From the NCBI GenBank assembly GCA_965205015.1, contig OZ242029.1, forward strand, positions 1,088,001 through 1,152,000: DNA of 64,000 bases. The letters run 5' to 3'. This DNA comes from Candidatus Poribacteria bacterium (GTDB taxonomy: Bacteria > Poribacteria > WGA-4E > WGA-3G). Position numbers and translations under genes: made by a program. The notes below the pieces were generated by a model that was given only the letters and a program-made list of their open reading frames with translations, did no database searches and was not told the origin of the DNA. Of the stretch, positions 19,501-28,244 are shown in pieces; positions within the stretch are counted from its first letter, which is position 1, and every line of letters begins with the position of its first letter.

Positions 19501-19563
19501 GCAATGGCAAAAGCAGATGTTACCGCGGAACCGGTGGCGTATGGGATTCTGGAAGTGGAGTAG
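16501..19563 (+). CDS. SNF2-family helicase (RapA/DrmD-like)
   Basis: [66 protein letters not shown]. Confidence 0.9.
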   Translation: [1020 protein letters not shown]

Positions 19564-19615
19564 CGTGCATAAAGATTTATATATTGTTTTCCTGTAGGTT
19601 AAGGAGGGATTTATT

Positions 19616-22600
19616 GTGTCAAGTGCGCAATTTGAACATATTCGGAGCATTAGACAGGATTTTCATCAAGGGAGTAAGCGGCTTAAAGAGAGTTCAAACA
19701 ATTCAATCAAGACGCTCGCTGATGATCTTTACAACAAGCATACGCATTTTATCTTTGAATTGATTCAGAACGCTGAAGACAACACATACGAAAAACAAGG
19801 GACTTATCCGCCTTATATCTCCTTTCAGTTAACAAAAACCGATCCGACTTGCACCCCTGGATCTAAGGGCGCGTTGATTATCCAAAATAACGAGATTGGC
19901 TTTCAACGCGATAATGTGGACGCTATTTGTGCAGTTGGTGCGACTACAAAAGAACAGGGACAAGGATATATTGGTGAGAAAGGCATAGGTTTCAAGTCTG
20001 TTTTTCGTGTAACAGGAAATCCTCATATTTTTTCTAATGGTTACCATTTCTGTTTACCCGAGTATGATGCGGAAACTGGGCTTGGATACATTGTACCACA
20101 ATGGATTGATAGCCCGCCAGAAGACCTATATCTCTCTGAAACTCATATTATTCTGCCGTTAACGAAGCCGGATTTTGGATATGAGACGATTGAGCAGATG
20201 CTACAAGATATTGAGCCAGAGACTCTTCTTTTTCTCTCAAAACTTGAAGAAATTCGAATTGGAACCGATACTGGAGATAATCTGACTATTTTGAAAGATA
20301 GTACAGCAATACCAGAGGTTGCAGTCATAGTTGAAGGTAATAAGCAGGGGAAAGTTTTCTCTAAGTCGGATAGTTTCTTGGTGTGCACCAAACGTTTTGA
20401 TAGACCTGTAGAGATTCGTCATGAGAAACGAAACGGAATAGAAAATCGAGATATCTCAGTTGCATTTCCATTGGATGAAAAATCAACTGCGATTGGAAAA
20501 ATTTTTGCCTATCTTCCTGTCCGATCGGATACCGGATTCCCATTTTTAATTAACGCCGATTTCATTCTACCCAGTTCGCGTGAAGATATTCAGGATGTAC
20601 CTTGGAATTACTGGTTGATGGACTGTGTGGCAAATTTGGTTACATCTGAATTATTACCGCTTCTAAAAGAAAAGCGACTTTTAGGCGTTAACTTTCTTGA
20701 AGCACTTGCCAACCGACTGAATAATCTTGTGTATGATGGAGATAGTTTGTTCTATTCTATTTTTAGGGGAGTTTGTAAAGCCCTGAAAAACGAGGCGTTA
20801 CTCCCTACCAGCGATGGCGAGTTTGTATCTGCGCGAAACGCCGCACTCACGCGTTCCGATGCAGTTAGAAACCTGATCACCCCCGCTCAATTACGCATAC
20901 TTTTGCGTTCTAACGCTGATCGTAATGTTCCACGCAAATGGCTATCTGCTGAAATCACGCTAGACCGAACTCCATATCTCCGTAGCTACCTCATGGAGAT
21001 TCTTGGAATTGAAGAAGTCACACCTGATATGTTTGCCCGTAGGCTCACCAAAGAATTCCTTTCCGCACAGACTGACGAATGGTTTGTCAAATTCTACAAA
21101 TTTTTATCCGAACAGCCCGCATTGTGGCGTTCCAACGGTGCCGTTCTAAGAACCAAACCGATCTTGCGTCTCCAAGATGGAAGGCATGTGAATCCACCTC
21201 AAGAAGATTCCGTTCCTACGGCCTATTTGTCACTTGATAAGACTCCTGACACTTCATTGCCGATTGTGAAATGGGAAATTACCCAAGATAAAAGTGCCTA
21301 TCGGTTTCTAAGAACGTTAGGCGTTCAAGAATGCGACATCGTTGCGGAAGTCATTGAAAAGGTGCTCCCAAGATACAAGAACAAGATGTCGCCAGTTCCC
21401 ATTAACGAGCATCTACAGGATTTTGACAAAATTCAACGGGCATATAACACAGATTCAATAGAGAAAAAAGAGCAGCTTAAAACAATGCTGCGAGAGACCC
21501 CTTTCATTCGGGCAGAGGAATCGGACAAAGATGGAAATGTCTACTTTGAACCCGAGTGTCTCTATTTTGGCGATAATACTTTGCGTTCATATTTCGCTAA
21601 CAACCCTTCATGTGCCTTTGTTGATCTTGATATTTATCCGCCTTCTGCCAAATCGTTGTTCGGCGATTTAGGGATTTTGGGTTCTGTACGAATTCACAGG
21701 GAACCGGAGGATTCGCAAGGGTACGTTACGATTGTGAATGAGCGTGGAAACCACCAGAGAGGATGCTTCGGGTTTGATTATGGTATCACCGTTGATGGAT
21801 TAGAACACGCTCTCAACACCCCAACTCTTGAGAAAAGTTCTTTCATTTGGAATCACATCGCTATTCCTAATGCAGATTGCATTAAAGGGTTTGTGGAAAA
21901 GTCCAGTACCCAAACTTATAGTAAGAGTTCGTTTGAGGAGATTGAATCCTATTATTTTGGACGTTTGTTAATTGATACTGTATGGCTTCCTGATTCCGAT
22001 GGAAACATGCACAGACCGAGTGAAATTACTCTTGATGATCTTCCCGCTTCATTCAAGAAGGATGAAGAATTGGCAAAACAACTTGGTATGCCAATTAGCA
22101 AAACTCGGATAGTTGACAAGGTTGCCCCAGAAATTGGTGTATCTTCGGAGATTCTCAATGGGATCGTTAATGCCTCACCGGAAATGCTTCAGCAAATTGA
22201 ATCACTGTTACAGTTAGGACCTGACTTTGGTCATTTGCCACCCTCTCCGTCCCCCCTTTTCGATGGCTTGTCGTCCTCTCAAACTACCGCTTTCCCAGTG
22301 CGTTCTGTATCGAACCCGGCGCGACGAAAAAAAATGATTCTCGCAGAACTTAAAGAGTCACCGGACCAGGAATATGTTGAAAAAAGAAGGAGTGTTCGGA
22401 CGACGCGGAGTAAGATCGATCCTAAAACGTGGCTCAGTGCTGAATATATGAATGATGACAGTCAAATTATATGCCAAATCTGCCAAGAGGTGATGCCGTT
22501 TAAATATAAGGGCGAAAATTACTATTTTGATGCGGTGGAGATGCTGAAAGGGTACTTCACGAAAGAGTACGAGGCACAATTCTTAGCACTTTGTCCAGAG

Positions 22601-23347
22601 TGCTCTCCGAAGTATAGAACATTTATGAAGCAAGTGCCTGAAGCCATGGATGCCTTGAGAAAACAACTCATGGATTCGGATGATGCGAGTGGTTTTGAAG
22701 TTCCGTTGAAACTCGGTGACACGAATACAAGCCTCCGTTTTGTGGAGAGGCATTGGCTTGATATAAAATCAATTTTGAGTTTTTACGAAGATCAGTCAAA
22801 GCAGTCTATTGAAACATCTGATTCAGGTGAAAATCAGGTAGAACCGAAGGAGTCGCTACCTGTACAACCGGACGAAAAAAAGGAGAATTGGAATGCGGAT
22901 CAAATGCTATCCCAATTTTTCGCGCAACCCGTCCGTTTTATTACTTATACAGGTATAAAGGATTTGGCAGAAGTCGAAGCGAGTCAATATGATATAAAAG
23001 GCACTGATACCAAGGGTGCTAAAATTAAGTTCACGAAACTGGACATCCTATTTGCTTTTCCCAAAGAGAAGATGCCAGTCTTAAAACCTCATGTAAAGGT
23101 AAGGAGACCGTTAAAAAACAAGAATCTCCAACCCGTTGAAATTTATGAAAATCAATTTCGAGTTTCAGACAAACGTCTCACGCAAGTGAAAGAGAACAGA
23201 TCCAAAGTGGAGGTTGTCGCTCGAACTGGACATGTCTTGAGCGGCTGGATCCAACATTTCGACAAACACGTTCTCTATATGCGAGTCGGAGAAAAGGTCG
23301 TAATCGTCTATCGACACGGCTTGTTTGGATTTACAATTGGGAAATAA
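19616..23347 (+). CDS. Sacsin/NOV-type GHKL ATPase with HNH-like Zn domain and C-terminal Sm/Hfq-like domain
   Basis: HFIFELIQNAEDN, NNEIGF, IGEKGIGFKSVF, FLINADF; CQIC...LALCPEC; terminal VEVVARTGHVLSGWIQHFDKHVLYM...IVYRHGL. Confidence 0.8.
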   Translation: MSSAQFEHIRSIRQDFHQGSKRLKESSNNSIKTLADDLYNKHTHFIFELIQNAEDNTYEKQGTYPPYISFQLTKTDPTCTPGSKGALIIQNNEIGFQRDNVDAICAVGATTKEQGQGYIGEKGIGFKSVFRVTGNPHIFSNGYHFCLPEYDAETGLGYIVPQWIDSPPEDLYLSETHIILPLTKPDFGYETIEQMLQDIEPETLLFLSKLEEIRIGTDTGDNLTILKDSTAIPEVAVIVEGNKQGKVFSKSDSFLVCTKRFDRPVEIRHEKRNGIENRDISVAFPLDEKSTAIGKIFAYLPVRSDTGFPFLINADFILPSSREDIQDVPWNYWLMDCVANLVTSELLPLLKEKRLLGVNFLEALANRLNNLVYDGDSLFYSIFRGVCKALKNEALLPTSDGEFVSARNAALTRSDAVRNLITPAQLRILLRSNADRNVPRKWLSAEITLDRTPYLRSYLMEILGIEEVTPDMFARRLTKEFLSAQTDEWFVKFYKFLSEQPALWRSNGAVLRTKPILRLQDGRHVNPPQEDSVPTAYLSLDKTPDTSLPIVKWEITQDKSAYRFLRTLGVQECDIVAEVIEKVLPRYKNKMSPVPINEHLQDFDKIQRAYNTDSIEKKEQLKTMLRETPFIRAEESDKDGNVYFEPECLYFGDNTLRSYFANNPSCAFVDLDIYPPSAKSLFGDLGILGSVRIHREPEDSQGYVTIVNERGNHQRGCFGFDYGITVDGLEHALNTPTLEKSSFIWNHIAIPNADCIKGFVEKSSTQTYSKSSFEEIESYYFGRLLIDTVWLPDSDGNMHRPSEITLDDLPASFKKDEELAKQLGMPISKTRIVDKVAPEIGVSSEILNGIVNASPEMLQQIESLLQLGPDFGHLPPSPSPLFDGLSSSQTTAFPVRSVSNPARRKKMILAELKESPDQEYVEKRRSVRTTRSKIDPKTWLSAEYMNDDSQIICQICQEVMPFKYKGENYYFDAVEMLKGYFTKEYEAQFLALCPECSPKYRTFMKQVPEAMDALRKQLMDSDDASGFEVPLKLGDTNTSLRFVERHWLDIKSILSFYEDQSKQSIETSDSGENQVEPKESLPVQPDEKKENWNADQMLSQFFAQPVRFITYTGIKDLAEVEASQYDIKGTDTKGAKIKFTKLDILFAFPKEKMPVLKPHVKVRRPLKNKNLQPVEIYENQFRVSDKRLTQVKENRSKVEVVARTGHVLSGWIQHFDKHVLYMRVGEKVVIVYRHGLFGFTIGK

Positions 23348-23456
23348 TAAAGGCGACCTACAAATCACAGGTATCGATGCAACTTGAAAAAAGTGTATAG
23401 AAAGTTTTTTGTTTTACAATTAGGATAGACTATAGAGATGGAAGGGAGCACATTAC

Positions 23457-26400
23457 ATGCCAAGCGATTACAAAGCAATAACAGAATATAACGAAGATCA
23501 ACTGGGCAAGGATACGTCGTCTCGCAAGACTCAAGTTTCTATGTACTCGGACCCTACACACTTTGTATACGAGATTCTGCAGAACGCCGATGACCATGGC
23601 GCAACCGAAGTGCTTTTCAAACTCTCAAAAAATGAGATTGTAATTGAGCACAACGGTGAACCTTTCGAGGAGGAAAACGTCAGAGCAATTACATACTTCG
23701 GCAAGAGTACAAGCCGCGAAGACCTTGTAAAGACAGGGCGTTTCGGTATAGGCTTTAAATCTGTCTTTGCTTTCACAACGACACCGATTATCATTTCGGG
23801 GCCCGAGCATTTTCAGATATATGGGTTATATCGCGTCAGAGAATATCCATATCCAGAAGGTTTTTCTCCGTCCCGAACTCGCATTATTCTTCCATTCAAC
23901 CATGAATCCGAGCAACCGGACTTCGTGGAAGAACCTATGTTTCAGGAAGAGGCATATCAACAAATATCAGAATGTTTAATTGACTTAGATATGAATACAC
24001 TACTATTCACGCGAAACATTCAAGAGATTCGTTGGGAGATAGATAATCAATATGAGTGCTACTCGCGTGAAGATGAGATAGCAGGTAACGCCCGATTGAC
24101 AACAATTAAAGACGGTAAAAATGAGAATACGTATCTGGTTTTCTCAAAGATTCCAACTTGGGAAAATGAGGAGCATAAAGAAGTAGAGATTGCCTTCTCT
24201 GTAGATGAACAACATCAACTTTCGCCGATACATGGCGAATTTCTCCACGTTCTCTTTCCAACAACAGAAAAAACAGGTTTAAGGTTTATACTTAATGGAC
24301 CTTATCGTACGAATCCGGCTCGAGAAACCATATCAAAAACTGATGCTTTCAATCGCCATCTTATGCAGGTAACTTGCGAATTAATGAGAGAATTACTCCC
24401 GATACTCAGAAATATAAAACTTCTAACGCTTCAATTTTTGTCGATTCTTCCAAATGAAGAGGATTCCCTATCGATTTTCTATGCCCCACTCAGTGATATT
24501 GTCGTTAATGAATTTCGGAATACAAAATTGACCCCGACAAAACGGGGAGACCACGCTGCTGCATCGGAACTTTATCGAGTGAGCACGGAATTATCGGATT
24601 TGATTAGCGATGGAGATCTGGCGATACTTCTTGGAAAAGATTGTTCTCTACCTTTCAAAGTTGACGAAATTTCACAACAGCGTGACGAAAGAGGTCGATT
24701 TGTCCAAGATCCCAATGCCAAGTTTATAGATAATTTCCTAAATACATTGCGCATTCCTGATTGGAACACGTCCCAACTTGTAAGCAAACTACTTGCTCAG
24801 CCTGAAATAGTAAAGGTTTGGTTAAGGGAAAAGAGCATTGAGGACCACCAGATTCTTTATGCATTGCTTTATGATTTTCTGCGGCTCAGACAAAGTGGCA
24901 CCTACTGGTATTCATCTAATAGCAACCTGAAAAATAAGTTATCCGATCTTCCCCTCATCCCTTGTAGTGATAGTATCTACAGAGCGGGAGATAAATGCTT
25001 CTTTCCAAGTGATGATGTAGAACGCGACGAGCGTTTCCCTCGCGTTCTTAAGGGGGTTTATTCATCTGGAGGAGACGATGATCAAAGGTCGAAGGCTCGA
25101 GACTTCCTTGAAGCTATCAACGTCCGCCCAGTTGATGAAGTTGTAGAGATTGAGGCAATTTTGCAACAGCGATATGTAAGTGGGACGATTGCACTTCGTA
25201 AACCTCATCACAAAAGAGATATAGAAAGGTTCATTGAATTTGTAGAAAAGGAACCTGATAAGGCCATTTTGTTCAAAGACTACCATATATTTCAGCTAGA
25301 CAAAAGCGATTCAAAAACATGGTCGTTCCCTCGCAAAGCTTTCCTGGATACTCCTTATTGCAATACGGGTTTGAGAACTTACCACGCGATCCTTGATCTT
25401 AAAGATTCAGAGGGGCGGCGGTTGGCTATTTCACCAAAGTATGAAAAATTCGGCATAAACTTAGAGAAATTGGTAAAATTTGCCGAGGCGATAGGTGTCC
25501 AAACAAAGCTGGAGGCCATCATGCAACAGATTCCGCGCGACCATCCGGAATACAATTATCTTGTCACTGATGCCCCAGGTGAACGCATTACATACACATC
25601 GAAAAATGAAGATTACACCATCGATAAGTTTGATATTTTTTCCCGTATACCTGCAGAATTTTTTGCAAAATTTGGCGATATTGATAGAGCATTAGATACA
25701 GCAAAATTGATATGGCAAACGATGTGTTCCCAACCTCACAATCGTCTGGAAGCCAGATTTCGTAAGAATTCATCTTACTCTGATCGTGTTGGTACCTCTA
25801 GCCTTGTCCATGCTTTAAAGCAAGGTCGATGGGTTCCACAGAAAGATGGTGACTCTGTGTCCTTTGTGTGTCCTCGTGATGCCTTCCGCGAACATCTTCC
25901 TGAAAAAGATGGTTTTCCATGGCCTAAAGGTTACCCACACGATGCTGGTGACACTTGGCTCAAGGCGATTGAGTTTGGTAAGATTATTGATAAACAAAAA
26001 GAGGAAAACGCCCAGCAAAATCAAAAGGCAAAAGAGTTTGGATTTGATTCCGTGGATGAAGCCAACACAATGGCAGAGATAGCAAACACTTGGAAAGAGC
26101 AGGGGAAATCACCGGAGGAATCGCTCAAAAAACTTGTTGCCCAAGAGCGTCGTAAGGAATTGCTTATTATAGAACTTGACGACGCTGGGGAAAAAATCTA
26201 TAAAATCGTGCCAAGGAGTACTAAGGTCACCAGTAACACAATTGATCCGAGAACTGCTCTTAGAGCACAATATACGATGGATGAAAACAGCATGCACTGT
26301 CAGATGTGTTCAAAGGATATGCCCTTCAAAAAGCGGAATAGCGATGAAGATTACTTTGAGGCAGTGGAAGCATTAGGAAAGGGATACTTCTTCAAAGAAC

Positions 26401-26642
26401 ATGAAGCACAGTATCTGGCATTGTGTCCAGAATGTGCAGCAGAGTACAAAGAATACGTGAAGCGAGATCCAAAAGCACGTGAAACTTTCCATGACGCCCT
26501 GAAGAATTCGGATAGCCCCCAAATCCACTTGGCATCGAACGGGCGAACCATACGTATTTGGTTTGAAAACAAGCATTGGCAGGACCTGAAAACAATTTTA
26601 TACTATTACGAACACATATACGACTCTGATGATGCGGATTAA
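23457..26642 (+). CDS. Second sacsin-type GHKL ATPase with HNH-like Zn domain
   Basis: HFVYEILQNADD, HNGEPF, TGRFGIGFKSVF, FILNGPY; C-terminal CQMC...YFEAVE...YLALCPEC paralogous to the upstream gene. Confidence 0.8.
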   Translation: MPSDYKAITEYNEDQLGKDTSSRKTQVSMYSDPTHFVYEILQNADDHGATEVLFKLSKNEIVIEHNGEPFEEENVRAITYFGKSTSREDLVKTGRFGIGFKSVFAFTTTPIIISGPEHFQIYGLYRVREYPYPEGFSPSRTRIILPFNHESEQPDFVEEPMFQEEAYQQISECLIDLDMNTLLFTRNIQEIRWEIDNQYECYSREDEIAGNARLTTIKDGKNENTYLVFSKIPTWENEEHKEVEIAFSVDEQHQLSPIHGEFLHVLFPTTEKTGLRFILNGPYRTNPARETISKTDAFNRHLMQVTCELMRELLPILRNIKLLTLQFLSILPNEEDSLSIFYAPLSDIVVNEFRNTKLTPTKRGDHAAASELYRVSTELSDLISDGDLAILLGKDCSLPFKVDEISQQRDERGRFVQDPNAKFIDNFLNTLRIPDWNTSQLVSKLLAQPEIVKVWLREKSIEDHQILYALLYDFLRLRQSGTYWYSSNSNLKNKLSDLPLIPCSDSIYRAGDKCFFPSDDVERDERFPRVLKGVYSSGGDDDQRSKARDFLEAINVRPVDEVVEIEAILQQRYVSGTIALRKPHHKRDIERFIEFVEKEPDKAILFKDYHIFQLDKSDSKTWSFPRKAFLDTPYCNTGLRTYHAILDLKDSEGRRLAISPKYEKFGINLEKLVKFAEAIGVQTKLEAIMQQIPRDHPEYNYLVTDAPGERITYTSKNEDYTIDKFDIFSRIPAEFFAKFGDIDRALDTAKLIWQTMCSQPHNRLEARFRKNSSYSDRVGTSSLVHALKQGRWVPQKDGDSVSFVCPRDAFREHLPEKDGFPWPKGYPHDAGDTWLKAIEFGKIIDKQKEENAQQNQKAKEFGFDSVDEANTMAEIANTWKEQGKSPEESLKKLVAQERRKELLIIELDDAGEKIYKIVPRSTKVTSNTIDPRTALRAQYTMDENSMHCQMCSKDMPFKKRNSDEDYFEAVEALGKGYFFKEHEAQYLALCPECAAEYKEYVKRDPKARETFHDALKNSDSPQIHLASNGRTIRIWFENKHWQDLKTILYYYEHIYDSDDAD

Positions 26643-26661
26643 TCGTTGCCAAAAACATGTT

Positions 26662-27027
26662 ATGTCAGAAGAAACAGCGGAATATCAGGTGAAGGCGAAA
26701 AGCGGGATTATGCATAACAACACACGAAACGAGTTTGCATCTTACGGTTTAGACATACTCAAGCGGTCAGTGCTACTGGTGTTATATGAAGGGACGGATA
26801 GCGTATATGAAAAATCACCATATCCACGATATCCAAATGGACGGATCCTCAAAGCAGGGCAGATTCGTGAAAAACTGAACATACTGCAACCGCGGCTCGT
26901 ATGTGCTAACACTAACTCTCTGATTCATGGCATCCTTGATCACCTACGGCATGATGGACATGCGTATCATTATGTTGGTGCCGGATGGGGAATCACAGAG
27001 AACGGAGTATCGGTCCTTGAAGGTTAA
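26662..27027 (+). CDS. Small putative winged-helix protein
   Basis: ILKAGQIREKLNI...LIHGILDHLRHDG...GWGITENG resembles a wHTH with wing. Confidence 0.5.
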   Translation: MSEETAEYQVKAKSGIMHNNTRNEFASYGLDILKRSVLLVLYEGTDSVYEKSPYPRYPNGRILKAGQIREKLNILQPRLVCANTNSLIHGILDHLRHDGHAYHYVGAGWGITENGVSVLEG

Positions 27028-27072
27028 ATTTTTTGTTGCATTTGGCGAGATATCTATAGGTGTGGATAACAA

Positions 27073-27399
27073 GTGAAACATCGCGTGAAATATTCTGATA
27101 TTACAAGCCAATGGGGCATTGGTATAATTACGAAAATAATGGATGATATATGGATAGCCGATATAATATTCTGTGGAGAATTCTTTGAAGATATTAATAT
27201 CCAGATATTGGATCGGGAACAGGCTGATTTAAATTTCGTAAGAGATGATATTTTTATATACGATGTTTGGAAAAAAGATGTACCACCGCCAGAAATAATG
27301 CCTGAAGCTCATTTTATCTTATGTGTACATAGTGTACGTCATTTGTCTGATGATATAGTGGATTTTCTAAAAAATGTTGATTTTCTCCAGCGAATATAA
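27073..27399 (+). CDS. Hypothetical protein (AT-rich)
   Basis: 108-aa ORF in island orientation; no recognisable motif. Confidence 0.4.
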   Translation: MKHRVKYSDITSQWGIGIITKIMDDIWIADIIFCGEFFEDINIQILDREQADLNFVRDDIFIYDVWKKDVPPPEIMPEAHFILCVHSVRHLSDDIVDFLKNVDFLQRI

Positions 27400-27417
27400 G
27401 ATGGTTCTCCAAAGGGT

Positions 27418-27670
27418 TGTACTGCCACCGGAAATTTAGACCACTCTCCAATATAAGATTGTGGTATAATGACACTCTCATTGAAAGGAACATCTGATAG
27501 CGAAACGAAAACGAAGAAGCTTCACTCCTGAGTTTAAAGCCTCAGTTGTTCTTGAAGTAGTCAGGGGTGAAAGTTCACAATCGGACATTTATCATACGGG
27601 TGTATCACCAGAAACGTCCTCACTCGGTGTTAGGGTATCCGACATTTCTTGAATTTGAACGACACAAAAA
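27418..27670 (+). mobile_element. Internally deleted IS3-family remnant
   Basis: TGTACTGCC left end; OrfA-like KRKRRSFTPEFKASVVLEVVRGE joined directly to an OrfB-like C-terminus YHQKRPHSVLGYPTFLEFE. Confidence 0.75.
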
Positions 27671-27799
27671 GTTTCGATTATTCCGTATGGTCATCAAGCG
27701 GATCTGGAAGGAATAGGACGCCGCTAAGTTCCCTCATCGAGCTCATGGTAGAATATATCTACATATCAATATGTTATATTTACTTCAACAAAACAATAC

Positions 27800-28014
27800 T
27801 TTCACAGTAAACCCAAAAAGCACTAATTTTCCATACAGGCGATAAACCCACACCACGACTGAGTTCTCAAGGGATCGGAGTGATGTCCCAATTCTAAAAT
27901 TTCACAGTAAACCCGAAAAAATGAGAGGGTCTTCAAATGGCTCTAAACCCATACCATATCTATGTTTTCAAAGGGTTATAAAAACCGTTTCTCAAACGCT
28001 TACTGTGAAATTTT
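27800..28014. repeat. MITE-like element with 15-bp inverted repeats plus a degenerate upstream copy
   Basis: TTTCACAGTAAACCC at 27800 and 27900; AAAATTTCACAGTAA (27896) inverted as TTACTGTGAAATTTT (28000-28014). Confidence 0.65.
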
Positions 28015-28146
28015 GAGGACTTCCGCAATTTTCTGAGAGAATACCCATGTCCCGTAGGTTTTCGCCAACGAAGTTTGATGAAGTGTAAGGAAGTAAATCG
28101 GTAAATTCGACAATTGAATGCCCCAGCACCCATCCCTGTGAAAAAT

Positions 28147-28175
28147 TTGACTTTTTGTAGTGTATATGTTATACT
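28147..28175 (+). promoter_or_regulatory. Sigma70-type promoter for the cysK operon
   Basis: TTGACT-17 nt-TATACT with extended -10 TG. Confidence 0.7.
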
Positions 28176-28244
28176 TTAAAGTGGAATTTTTAACTTAAGA
28201 TAGGGTTGTAGAAGCGGTGTCGTGCGTTGTTATCTGGATGAAAA

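Noticed and set aside
16501-19563. DISARM or Zorya type I (DrmD/ZorD) call
   Set aside because: DrmA/B/C, a DNA methylase and ZorC are not visible, and the gene is 12 kb from zorAB.
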